Made by a program: the position numbers and the translations under genes
Shown here: positions 1 to 12,869 of the stretch, in pieces
Layout: the number at the start of each line of letters is the position of its first letter
How positions within the stretch are numbered: the first letter of the stretch is position 1
From: Octopus sinensis
Taxonomy: Eukaryota
Assembly: GCF_006345805.1 (NCBI RefSeq)
Contig: NC_043017.1
Span: forward strand, 33,604,001-33,668,000
DNA: 64,000 nt
Reading direction: 5' to 3'
The notes under the pieces: generated by a model
What the model saw: only the letters and a program-made list of their open reading frames with translations
What the model was told of the DNA's origin: nothing
The model's database searches: none

Positions 1-1039
1 AGCGCTCACCGTTTCAAGAAAAACGAGACCCGTGAAATTAGATAATACTAGATAGTTCACTCCACAGGGTTTTGTTTCTCGTGATAGCGGTAGCAGTCTG
101 TCATTCTGTTTAGTTCCGTTTCCTAAAAGACCAAAACACTGCCGAAATTTATGAATTAGAAATTTTAAATGATTTTAAATTGTAGTACTTTTAGAAAGTC
201 TAATGTACCTAAAGCCAGACTCGAAGTAGACTTGGATGAGGCTACAAATGGTGAGGAAAGGACTTCAACAAACAACTAATTATTTATTTAACCAACAGAT
301 TAATGCTTTAACATTTAAACCGCCGGCCATATTCTGTGAAAATGTCCGACCAGTTTTATGTTCAAACGAGCCAGATCTGGCCTCTCACACCTATCCTACA
401 ATATCATTCTAAAACAAACAACCACATTTTTGAAATCTCAAAGAGTTGAGATAATGCATGATTAATACAAAACATTGATACAGTATCTGAATGCTGAAGG
501 CTTAAGCAAACGATCAATTCGTTGCTCAGTACACAGCTAACAAATTGACTGAGTATAAAGTGACATTGAGTCCGTCATTATGTTTATTATTATTGCGATG
601 TCAGAAAAAGATTTGTTTCAATACACGAGTTCACGTCAATAATTTCGTAAACAATATACAAAACTTTCAAATTATATTCTCTCACAAAACACGATTAATT
701 GTATCTCATATCAGAAATTAATACAAAGCAAATTTAACTCACTTTTAAGGGAGACTTAGTAAAACGATTAAACCCCAGAGTACCGCTTTATAACATTTAT
801 CAAATGCACAGTTGATATTTTTCCTTCTCCCTTCAACTCTTTCACTACTATTTCAGCTTCTTAGAACGAGTCAATGAATCTTGGGTGCACAATGTTAAAC
901 AAAACATGGATTTGACTTGGTGCTATACTGCAACAACAACGCTAGCAACGTTTCTACTCCATGCAAAAGACAAGCAATTTTGAGGTGAAGGGTTAGTTGA
1001 TGTTATAAACCCCACTGCATGACAGTCAGAATTAATAAT

Positions 1040-1245
1040 GATTTCAAATTTTGGTACAAGGCCAGCAAATTTATGGGAAAGGTGAATTAATTACATCGAC
1101 CTCACTGTTCAAATGGCACTTATTTTATCAATTCCGATAGGATGAAAGGCAAAGTCAACCTTGGCGGAATTTGAACGCAGAACGTTAAGACGGATGAAAT
1201 TCTGCTAAGTGCTTTGCAGCCCGACACCTTTGTCAGAATTACCAA
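1040..1245 (-). mobile_element. Degenerate tRNA-derived SINE (local family SINE-B)
   Basis: Reverse complement of GTTCAAATTCCGCCGAGGTCGACTTTGCCTTTCATCC, seen intact at 57960-58000. Confidence 0.6.
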
Positions 1246-1880
1246 TAACACAAACTAAATTAGTATATACGTTCGTAGAAATAATGTTGCCCTCGAGAGA
1301 GAAGTCAAACACGTTGACCATACAACCTCTACATCCATACCGTATCGATATAACTACTTGTTGGTTTTCCTGTTTCACATGTAACACGATATTTTAGAAG
1401 TTCCGAAAATGATAAAATGCGTCGAAGTTGCTGGAAAAGCCTTTGGAAGTGCTGCTAATTGTATCAAACACTGAAGGAAAATCATTTCAAATAAAAAAAA
1501 GTAAATGAAAGAAGACACATACAAATATAACTAAATCCTTTCTCACCTTACTTTAAAATAATACTGTAATCTTCATTTCGAAAGCTGTTAAAAGATTTTA
1601 AACTATGATCCTGAAGATAATAGCAAGATTTGTACAATTCAAAATCATATTGGAAGAACAGAGAAAACAAAAATGATTTGATAATAAGGAAGCAAAAAGA
1701 AAGGAACACGAAAGAAAGAAAGAAAGAAAGACAGAAAGAAATGAATTATTTGAGTAAATCTTCAGATCACAAATCCTCTTATCTGACTTAGAAATAATTT
1801 TGAATATTACAGATATGCCGTATTTCTTGTATTCTTGCTATATCACATGATTCTTTGAGTAATAGACAAATCTTACAAAT

Positions 1881-1941
<61 letters not shown>

Positions 1942-2522
1942 CTGTAGAAGCCTATGTGTACTGGAAACACATACAGTAATGCAGTATGCCTATCTCAAGG
2001 AGACACGCACACGGATTTTTAAAAAAAATTCCCATTATCTTACATCATGAAGAACGCTGCAATGAAAGAAAATGGATGAGATCCGTGTTGATTTCTAATC
2101 TCTAATCTTTAATCTCTTTGTTTTTCTGATTAGAAGTTTGTATGTTATATCCTTTGCGCACTGATGTTTGAATAATGCACGATAAGTAGTCCTCAGATGA
2201 GTCAATGTGGTGATGATCGAGTTATGTGCTTATGCGATGCTTGTGTGAAGCTGGTGGGGGGAAGGGGTTGGTGAGAGCTAATGATATAGCTAGGATTTCA
2301 AACATTGGTACGCAGGATTGCTATCTATATAGAGAATCTAATCTTGTCGTGCTCTTCTCTAATGGAATGAAGAGGAAGAGACTGTAGAGTAAAATGAAAT
2401 TAGGAAAAAAGAAAGATTTCTTAATGGAAATTTGCAGTAAACTGAAATTCTATTGAATACAATACAGAGTTAAGTTATATAACAATGTCCATACAGTATC
2501 AGGAGTCTTATTTCTCAAAATA

Positions 2523-2749
2523 ACACAGACACACAGACACACAGACACACATACACACATACATACACATACCACACACACACACACAAACACACACACA
2601 CTCACACACACAAACACACACACACACGCACACGCACACACACATACACTCACACACACATACATACGCACACACACAAACACACTCACACACAAACACA
2701 CACGCACACACTCACTCACACACACACACACTTACACACAAACACAACA

Positions 2750-2782
<33 letters not shown>

Positions 2783-3059
2783 TCACACCCACACACACAC
2801 ACAACACACACACACAAACACACTCACACACACACAACACACACACAACACACACACAAACACACACACACAAACACACACTCACACACACAAACACACA
2901 CATACACAACACACACAAACACACTCACACACACACACAAACACACATACTCACACACACAAACACACACACTCACACACACACACACTCACACACACAA
3001 ATACACTCACACACACAAACACACACACACACACACACACACTCACACACACACACACA

Positions 3060-3122
<63 letters not shown>

Positions 3123-3147
3123 ACACACGTACACATACATTCAAGCA
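2523..3147. repeat. Long degenerate (CA)n compound microsatellite
   Basis: About 620 bp of CA/CACT/CAAA units; source of the CVCV ORFs. Confidence 0.95.
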
Positions 3148-3313
3148 CATAAATAAATCTCCTTGCTACTTTACATTTATTTGCTTTAATAATCTTCCTT
3201 TCCGTGCTTTGATTTCTACATTTATTACTCTAATTATTATTTTCCCCTCACTTTCCTTATATTTTCTCTCCCTTCTTTTAATAACTTCTTTCTTCTCAAA
3301 ACCCTCTTCACGT

Positions 3314-3348
<35 letters not shown>

Positions 3349-3959
3349 TCTCTATCTGTCTGTCTGTCTCTCTTTCCTCTCTCTCTCTCTCTCACTACTT
3401 TCTCTCTTTCACAAAATTTATATTCCTTTCGTCGTTCCTCTCTTCTTCTCTCCAGTTTTCAATCCAACATACTTTCTACCCTCTTTCTCTAACTCCATTT
3501 TCATTTTATTTTCTGTTTCATTTTTCTTTTACTAACTCTAAATTACAGCATACTCTAATCCTGACACTAAACTCTGACTCTAAACAATCCAGCTGCCATC
3601 AGTTCTACACAAACTAAATTCAACTGATAACGCCAAATTTAGCACTCTTACACTATTTTCAGTCTAACCCGAACCCCCAGACATTTTCTAAACACGACAC
3701 CTAACTCTAGACAAAATCTCATACTCTAACTCGAAACTAACACGTTACCGAACCGAAAGTTTAACCCTAAATGTTATGCTTAAATGGCTCTCCGTAACTT
3801 AAACTCTATCCAAAACGTAACACATTAGTGTTAGACTAAAATAGCATCAATTTCTTCCTAAGGCAACTTACGATTCTCAAGCTAAACCTCCCTCTGAAAC
3901 CAAACTTCAAGTTTGGGCACAGTTCCAGCAAGCTTAGGAGAGAAGGAGGCTAGACTACA

Positions 3960-4107
3960 TCCCCAGTCCGCAACTGGTACTTATTTTATCTATCATGAAA
4001 GGAAAAGTCGGCCTCGGCGGAATTTGAACTCAGAACGTAAGAACAGACAAAATGCCCGTAAACGTTTTGCCCGGCCTGCTAATGATCCTGCTATCTCGCC
4101 GCCCTAA
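3960..4107 (-). mobile_element. SINE-B copy
   Basis: CTCGGCGGAATTTGAACTCAGAACGT...CTCGCCGCC matches the reverse complement of the SINE-B head. Confidence 0.7.
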
Positions 4108-4298
4108 ACTCTATGCCTAGTATTAACTACGATATTAACACTTTTTTCTATGATTTTCTCTTCATTTTTCTTTTTCTCTTACTCCCTAATTCACATAGTA
4201 TGTCAGGTTCACTTCCTTCGTTTCCTCATCTTGTTTTACAAGTGTATTATTATTTCATAGCTTCGCTAACTATACCAACTGACTATATATCAAGATAT

Positions 4299-4342
<44 letters not shown>

Positions 4343-4386
4343 TATATATATATAATATATATATATATAATATTATATATATAACT

Positions 4387-4691
4387 TTATTGGTGAATTG
4401 AAGAAATGGAGCTGAACGCAGATTGAACAGAAATCGTTTTAAGATTTCGTATCGTTTTAAGAACAGAAATCGTTTTAAGAATAAAACGATTTCTGTTCAA
4501 TCTGCGTTCAGCTCCATTTCTTCAATTCACCAATAATGTTTTAATTTCAATTATCCGCACCAACGCACGGTTGCAACGCCAGATGGTTGTACCTCCAACC
4601 GTGCTGTTCACTGCTGTGATTTTTGCTACTAAGGTATCGGTTAAACTTTTGATTAATCTACTACAAGATTATTCATCTTTCTATTTCACAT
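4387..4691 (+). mobile_element. Miniature hairpin+tail derivative of the PLE at 15-20.6 kb (family P1)
   Basis: Arms 4387-4442 and 4482-4536 are reverse complements. 4482-4691 matches the reverse complement of 14958-15170. Flanked by (TA)n. Confidence 0.85.
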
Positions 4692-4714
4692 TATATATAT
4701 ATATATATATATAA

Positions 4715-4915
4715 AGTTAATCCAAACATGAAAACGCAAAGAGAAAACACAACAACGCGAGGACATGGAACAAATATAGTATTATTGGACGCTCGGGAAA
4801 GAAGGAAAGAAGGAGGGTTTAACGTTTCGAGCAGAGCTCTTCGTCGGAAACATAGGAGAAGGAAAGATCCAGAGAAGGGAAGACGGAGGAAAAAATCGCC
4901 AACGGTACACACGCG
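4715..4915 (-). mobile_element. PLE pLTR-like short element carrying a hammerhead motif (family P5-like)
   Basis: Hammerhead motif on the minus strand; lies between (TA)n and (TG)n; similar motif architecture at 50374 and 55825. Confidence 0.6.
4817..4851 (-). ncRNA. Minimal type I hammerhead ribozyme motif
   Basis: GTTT-CCGACGA-a-GAGC tct GCTC-GAAAC-GTT-AAAC: stem I GUUU/AAAC, stem II GAGC/GCUC, palindromic ACGU stem III, U4C core variant. Confidence 0.6.
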
Positions 4916-4917
4916 GT

Positions 4918-4956
<39 letters not shown>

Positions 4957-4979
4957 TGTGTGTGTAACTCCCAATAAAT

Positions 4980-5950
4980 TGGCTGAGTGCCCTTCTTTCG
5001 TTTGTCCACTCAAACATCTTGGATATACTAGTTTTAAAAAAAAACTAAAAATAGAAACGGACATATTTTACAAAACCACTGACGCCAAACTATATCTACT
5101 ATTTAATTCATACCACCCAAGACACACCAAAACAAACATCTCCTTAACCTTGCAAGAAGGATGTGCACCATAGCGTCTTAAAAAAATATACCAGAAACTT
5201 TAGACTGCAAGAACTCAAAAACTTTCTGATTGACAGGCACTACCCAGTTCAACTCAGACGTGCAACTCAAATCGACATAAAAACCTCAAGAAAAGTTCAA
5301 GCCAGCAAACACACCTTCCTCGAAAATACCGCCATACATACAACCCCCAAAACAAAGAAGCCTTCACCATCATTACCCAAAGTCTACCAATGCTACATAA
5401 GGACCCCAAATTAAAGGTAATTTTACACACTCATAAGATCAATAAAATCCACAAACAACCGAAATCACTAAAAGCTAGAATTATTTTCTAAAATAACGGA
5501 TGCAGAACTGAAAAAATGTAGTCGACGAAATTGCGCAACATGACCAAACCTAGAAGGATCGGGATTCCTTTTTAAACAGGGACAAAAATTCAAAATCAAA
5601 TCTGATTTTACTTTGCCTCAGAAAATCTGATTTATGTTATAAGAGGCTCTGGCTGCCATCAAAACTACATAGGGTCCGCGGGATTATCGCTCAGACAAGC
5701 AGCGACACCAGATTGCATTCCCAGAATACAGAATGATATCCTTTAGTGAACACATTGAGAGAAGCGCAAAGCAACAGCTACCACAATTTGTAATCTTTCT
5801 ATTTTATCAATTATACCATTGGAACACCAACACAAGTTAGATTAAATAAAGAAACCTACTTCATTGAAAAATATAAGCCAAAACTTAACCATTTCTAGCA
5901 ATTTTAAATAAGGAAACTTACCTCATTGAAAATTATAAAGCAAAACTTGA
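4980..5950 (+). pseudogene. Degenerate Penelope-like element, RT C-terminus plus GIY-YIG (Neptune-like)
   Basis: TDIFYKTTDAKLYLLFNSYHPRHTK (PLE thumb); Cys linker CSRRNCAT*; NLIYVIRGSGCHQNYIG (GIY-YIG); RLNKETYFIEKYKPKLN end; stops and frameshifts. Confidence 0.8.
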
Positions 5951-6632
5951 CCACTTCTAACATTTTATTCTATCAAAGCCAAATCACTTCGAATTAATAA
6001 AACCTAATCATTCCCAACATTTTTGATTATCTCCCTTATACTGAAAACAACCCTGATTAACTTCCCCTGTTTGGAACTCTCCTACATCGCACCATAGCGT
6101 AGAAATTACACAATATCGTTAACGAAATTTCAGAAATTGGAAAAGAAAATACGGTTATTTCTCCAAAAACAATGTCACTACCCACAAAATTTTATAACAT
6201 TTTCCTCACAAGAAGATTTAATTATATACTTTAACCATATAATACAAATGTGCTGTAATTTTTTCATACTATTTTGTTCATATATATATATCAATCAATA
6301 TAAGGGTAACAAAAAATTCAAGAAAACTTTTCTGCCACCAGCGGTCAAGTGAGAAAATAGAAATAGTCACAGACTATATGATACATTCAACAAAATATTA
6401 AGGAATGACCCCGAGAAGGTCGTTCGACTCACTTGAAAAGAGCAGCTAAAACTCAAAACCGCAAAAAATAGTAGTAATTCTGAAACTAGAGGAAAATAAA
6501 AAAACATTTATCCCCTTCAAACTTTGTACCCTGCAAGGTTTCAACATCTTCACGCAATCAAATTTAATTAAATTAAATTAAATCCGTTTACGCTTGGCTT
6601 GTCTCGTCAGCAAAGTCACCAAAATAGGAGGC

Positions 6633-6674
<42 letters not shown>

Positions 6675-7436
6675 TTTACTTGTTTCAGTTATTTTTAACT
6701 GCGACCATGCTGAGGCATCACCTTGAAAAATTTGTTCTCCGACAGCTACTAACAACCAACAAAAACTAAGGTGAGACTTATGATTGATTACTGCTCTCAC
6801 ATCAGAGCGGATGCAACATCTATTTTTGTTCATAACCTAGATGGCATCCAAAGAAACGTAGCTTATTGATTGCCGTGAAGTCACTCACGACCGCATGTCC
6901 ACGTGTAGTCCACTTGAGTGGTATCTTTACAATTGAGCTTTTCTATCTTTATTACACTGGGGTGACTTCTGCTACCCTAAAACAACCTTACATATACACG
7001 AACGCTACATATCTACCAATCGCTTAACTCTCCCCACATGCCACCCACGAGACTCTCGTGTCTTTACAGATAACGTTGGTATAAGGCAAGAGAGATATAT
7101 ATAAATAAACATCACGGTTGCCCTCTGCGACTTTCTTTATTTTTTCACAGCAACCGTAATCGAATGTGACAACGTCTAACTTCTAATATCAGAGAACAGT
7201 CACTACATTTCACTAAACCTACGATCTCTGAGGCCTACATCGGTGTTAGTTAATTGTTGTGGTATCTAATATCTAGTCATCTACCACCCAGTGCGAATCC
7301 GATTACCAGGACTGGCTGAAATGGATCTGTTCTACAGTACACTTTGATTTACACACACAGACAAACACAAACACACACACATGCGTGCGCACGCGCATAC
7401 GGCCGCACATACTCACACACACAAAATGTGTGTGTG

Positions 7437-7470
<34 letters not shown>

Positions 7471-8345
7471 GCATGCCCATGTATACTCGTGTGTTTGTGC
7501 GTGTGTGCGTTTCAAAGTGCAATCACGTGAAAGTTAGTTACCTTCTCGGCGTCTCTGTATAAGAGAAGTTATTGCTTTTGTAGAGGTGCCAGCAATAACT
7601 GGCAACACTTTCATTTGCAACAAGTTGAGTCATTTTATGTTTCTGCGTGAATAACTACAGACGAATGCTGTCTTCTTGATTGGCATCACATAAAACAGAA
7701 CAGCTGATTAAAGCAAAACAAACTCTTGTTAATAGCGATTAATTTCAGTCATCTATTCCAGCAGTTTTTCCCCAATTGACTAAGCTCCGTTTCCGCCGTT
7801 TTTCTTCACCCACGCCCCACTTACTTTTCTTCTTCTGAACAATAGAAACTGCAGTTTATTTTCCTAAATATGAACATTATTCATTTGGCGAAAATTTTCT
7901 AATATAATAAAATTACAGATGATCTAATTGGTAGTTTTATTTGTAAAATGAAATATTAAATACCTAAATTATTTCAGATAATATATCTGCTTCGTAATAA
8001 ACAGTATTTAAGAGCTCGAATATTAATTCAGGTGTGAATGATTTAAAGCCTCAGGTGACGGTGTTACCTGAATGTCAGATATCTAACTAAATATAATCGC
8101 TTCCAGTCACAGCAACCATAGAGTGTCTGAAAAAATATCTGCTGCTTTAATGAGCTGAAGCTGGTAAAGAAGATGTATCACATTATCGCACTGTTGAATG
8201 TATGGTTTAGTACTAAGTTCAAGTAATTGACTAGCTGTTCTCTAAAAAGTGTGGATTCTGCTAATCTTTCTTAAACAACATGAATTACGTCATAGAAAAC
8301 TTGTTTGGTAAGTTACTTATATAGTTAAAACTATTAGATTTTTTT

Positions 8346-8737
8346 TATATATAACAGTAAGGTTGTGTGTCTGTCTCCTACGATTTAAATTCCTAACTAC
8401 TCCCACATTGTGCGGTGCAGTTTAACCAAAACCGGGTATCTTATAGTCGTGATTCATATCGAGCACTTCTGGGTATTAGCGCGCGTCTACGATGAGTCTA
8501 CGATATTAAAAAAATTTACCATCATTTTTTCCATTTTAATGCATTTTTTCGCTATTATATAAGGGAAGCAACTCTCTAAAAATGTCTAGGATGAGTCAAC
8601 GATTTTTTAAAAAAATTACCATCATTTTTTTTCCATTTTTAATGCATTTTTTGCCTATTTTTTGGCTATAACTCTCTAAAAATGCTTATATAGTTATTTC
8701 CCTTACAAACCCGAGCAACGCCGGGCGATACTGCTAG
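8346..8737 (+). mobile_element. Possible non-autonomous Helitron-like element
   Basis: 3' GC hairpin CCCG-AGCAACGC-CGGG (8710-8725) followed by CTAG|T (8734-8738); internal tandem duplication of about 98 bp. Confidence 0.5.
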
Positions 8738-9857
8738 TTTTTTATAAGAGTATACTGCTAAGCTTAAATAATCTTTAGAATGCCACTTGACTTGTAATTT
8801 TCGATGATCGTAATTAGTATGATATAATTTACACAGAGTAAAGTTTTAACACTTCAAGATACTCGTCAGGTAGATAAACGGTTTAAACACACACATACAT
8901 CTATTCACACACACAACACACACACACACACACACATCTGTTCACGCACACACTAATATAATTATGTACAGGATTTTAGGAACATCGCTATGAGATAAAT
9001 GAAGACTAAATTTCTTAAAATGTACGTATTGTTTTGCAATAAGCTACAGAGTTCTGCTAACTGGGAGATACACACGATATGATCTTCTACAAAGCCAACG
9101 CTGGGAAAGGTTCGTCAATAATCTCACGTTAATATTTCTGCTTTTATCGATGTCCGTTTCAATTGAATGACCCTCTATTCACGAATTGCTCATTTGCAAT
9201 GCTTGTAATATAATTGCTAATCAAGAAAAAAATATCTTAAGCGTTGCTTTACGAAATAACTTGCGTAACATTCTGCATGATCGTATATAAAAAATGTATT
9301 TTCTTGATAATTACTCAACACAGAAGGTATGCGTGGGAACAGGTAATCGTCCATTTTTTTTTGTTTTTGAAAATAATATTTTGTTCAGATTCCTTAAATT
9401 TGAAATTCAAAATTTAAAGTTATAATCTCCAAATGAATTTATTGCATTACTAAATGACTTACTGTAGGAGTGTTGAATTCATGAAATATACTTTAAGAAA
9501 TAGTACAACGCTGAATATGAAGATGCATTAGGGAATATGTATAGATGCGATATTTTTAAAACTTCAGCAATGCGATGATTGTGACTTTAAGGACGATGAT
9601 AATAAATATTACATCCCAAATAGCAATCATTATCTTAGTACTTATTTCTTAATATATGTTTAACTTGATCTTTTCAAACTAAATTTACATACGCCCCGCC
9701 ACACACACACTTACATACACCTACACACACCAACACACACACACACACACGAGTATGTATATTTGCATTCCGGTATGACCGCCGCTGCATGGCTGAAACA
9801 TATAACATACATAGACAAGCATATGGTTAAACAGACAGACAGACAGATAGATAGATA

Positions 9858-10374
9858 CTCTCTTTTACTTGTTTCAGTCATGCTGGATCACCGCCTTTAG
9901 TCGAGCAAATCAACTCCAGAACTTATTCTATCGATCTTTTTGCCGAATCGCTAAGTTACGGGGACGTAAACACACCAGCATGGTGTGTTTACATATATAA
10001 TTCTTTATTGCCCATAAGGGGCTAAACATAGAGAGGACAAACAAGGACATACAAACGGATTAAGTCGATTACTCGTACTTTTATTTATCGACCTCGAAAG
10101 GATTAAAGGCAAAGTCGACCTCGGCGGAATTTGAACTCAGAACGTAACGACAGACGAAATACCGCTAAGCACTCCGCCCGGCGCGCTAACGTGTCTGCCA
10201 GCTCATATATATGATGGGCTTCTTTCAGTTTCCGTCCACCAAATCTACTCACAAGACTTTGGTCCGCCCGAGGCAATAGTAGAAGACACTTATCCAAGGT
10301 ACCACGCAGTGGGACTGAACCCGGAACCATGTGGTTGGTAAGCAAGCTACTTACCACACAGCCACTCCTACGCC
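9858..10374 (-). mobile_element. SINE-A (tRNA head, internal microsatellite, GAAACAAGTAAAAGAG tail) interrupted by SINE-B
   Basis: Matches the full copy at 31066-31470; A box TGGCTGTGTGG, B-box-like GGTTCAGTCC. Confidence 0.9.
10001..10204 (-). mobile_element. SINE-B nested within SINE-A
   Basis: Near-complete SINE-B head to tail replaces the SINE-A internal region. Confidence 0.85.
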
Positions 10375-11069
10375 TATATATAGATATAAACAGCCACTTC
10401 TACTCATATATATGTATATGTATAAATATAAACGCATGCACATACATATGCCTATATATCTATATTCTACAGGTCAGACAAACAAGTATATATTTTTCCC
10501 CATCTCGGAGAAATATTCAAATTATTAACGGAAAAATACAATTTTAAAATTTAGGTTAAATGTACTTTTAAGCAAATATCTTTTCAGAACATTACAGTAG
10601 ATATATACTGAAGTCTTAAACGAAAGAAAACAATATAGCTATTAATATTATGTAAGAGAGTAGGCAAAATATGCTGGCCTATAGGACTCTACAGATATTC
10701 ATTTTTTAGAACCATTTTTCTTAGCACTAATGTAACAGAATTTCATACTAATAGAAATGTATGAATTTCATGATATAGGTTGTTGTACCATAATTGGAAT
10801 ATATCTTAAAATGTTGCATTAGCTGCAATTTAAGTTCTGTTCCTTCAGTAATGTAATATACATTTTGCGTTGGTAATTCCACACTAATAAACACGTGCAT
10901 ACCAACATAAATACGTACACTAAGCTCGCGCTGTGAATAAATACTCAGGTTATACACCAGCTGGTATTAAGACATAAAATTGAGAAGAGATGACATCCAT
11001 CTTTAACAGATAAGAACAGATCATCTGGCAACAAACTGTGCATTACAAAACAATATATATATATATATA

Positions 11070-11190
11070 TATATATAAAGGGAAAGTTTACGAAAATAAA
11101 CAAACGACGAAGACAGGTGGTGTACAAAACAAACAGATGTATTAGTATAATGCTCAGGAATAGAAAAAGTCTTTTACGTTTCGAGCCTAC
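11070..11190 (-). mobile_element. Truncated P5 element
   Basis: Near-identical to 55735-55844; broken inside hammerhead stem II by a (TA)n tract. Confidence 0.75.
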
Positions 11191-11232
<42 letters not shown>

Positions 11233-11243
11233 ATATATATAAA

Positions 11244-11542
11244 GAATGGTTGTATACTGTCAATCTAACAAGAAAGTGACAGTAGGGTGTACACCACCGC
11301 TGTATAGCCCTAGGAAGCATCGAACGCCTCCTGATGGCTTTGACACATTTTTCCCTGTACGAAGGGGAGACACAGGGAAAAATGTGTCAAAGCCATCAGG
11401 AGGCGTTCGATGCTTCCTAGGGCTATACAGCGGTGGTGTACCCCTACAGCCACGTTCTTGTTAGATTGACAGTATACAACCATTCGATCGCCCCACCACC
11501 GTACATGTCTCTACGAGAGATTTAGAAATTCAATATTTCTTA
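11244..11542 (+). mobile_element. Hairpin+tail element, family P2
   Basis: Arms 11244-11358 and 11372-11485, 13-nt loop, unpaired tail 11486-11542, (TA)n on both sides. Confidence 0.9.
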
Positions 11543-11568
11543 TATTATATATATATATATATATATAG

Positions 11569-11599
<31 letters not shown>

Positions 11600-12396
11600 C
11601 ACACACACACAGATATAATATATATAATATATATATATAGATAGATTTGCTTAATCAATTATTTCTACTTGATACAGCAGCAAAGTAAAAAACATCACTT
11701 ACAACTAATCCAATCATAAAGTGAATACACAATGTAAATTATGCCACAAATTCGCACGTTTTCGCTGTCATGACAACGTGGAAGTGTTTATACTCTTATA
11801 GCTATTTTACGTAGTTCTCTCGTTACATCTCAACACACGGCAAGCACTTTTATAAAAGCAACATCAATGTGCAATTTAGTCTCATGTATTACCGTATACA
11901 CTGAAAGTAAAAGGCGTTGGATATTCAAATTAATTATTATAGATGTTTAAGGTAAATATTGAAATATATATTTTTTGTTTTCAAGTAGCAAATAAACACT
12001 GTCATATTGAGCTTGATATTTACGCTTGATATTTACCGGTTTTAGTCATGGGGCTGTAGACATGGAAGGGCACCACATGGGAGCGTTTAGTCTTTTATAT
12101 TACGTCCTTACTATATATTCCATAGCTAACTCTCAAACTGCTGATTTACGAGACAAAATCCTAAATGCAAACAAAAAGCACGGACGCAACTCATGCACAC
12201 TGACACACAAACACAAACTTTGTACAGTTTATATATAAACTGCCTGAAGAGGTCTGGCGGTAGTATCGAACCATTACCATATACGTGCATAGCAAGGTGG
12301 CTTTATTGAATAACATTATAGAAAAGAAGGCTTATTTTTATCCTCATAGCATTTTTTGATAAATAAAATTATTATCTGTTATTATATATCTTTTTT

Positions 12397-12466
12397 TTAC
12401 AAACATAAATCTGTCCTCAAATGTCTTACGCGCTCTGTATATATATATATATATATATAATATATA

Positions 12467-12519
<53 letters not shown>

Positions 12520-12655
12520 CACAATATTATATATATATATATATATATATAATATACATATACATATATATATATATATGTGTGTTTTTGTGTGCCTGTA
12601 TGTGTGTATATATACATAATATATATATATACATATACATATATATATATGTGTA

Positions 12656-12708
<53 letters not shown>

Positions 12709-12838
12709 GGACGCGTAAGACATTTGAGGACAGATTTATGTTTATAAATATTATATATATATATTATGTGTATATATATATATATATATATAGATTATAT
12801 ATATATACATATTATATATATATATAATATATATATAC

Positions 12839-12869
<31 letters not shown>

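Noticed and set aside
2450-3148. Cys/Val-rich ORFs, and similar YI, LSIY, poly-I/Y/T ORFs throughout the window
   Set aside because: Translations of CA, TA, TATC and trinucleotide microsatellites; no coding signal
3540-3830. Telomere-like CTAAC/CCCTAA words
   Set aside because: Too irregular; no run of tandem TTAGGG units
6586-6625. Hammerhead on the minus strand (CTGACGA…GTAAAC)
   Set aside because: GAAA is disrupted and stems I and II do not pair; a relic at best
11246-11464. Short ORFs spanning the P2 palindromes (also 59178-59543)
   Set aside because: By-products of inverted repeats; frames are not conserved between copies
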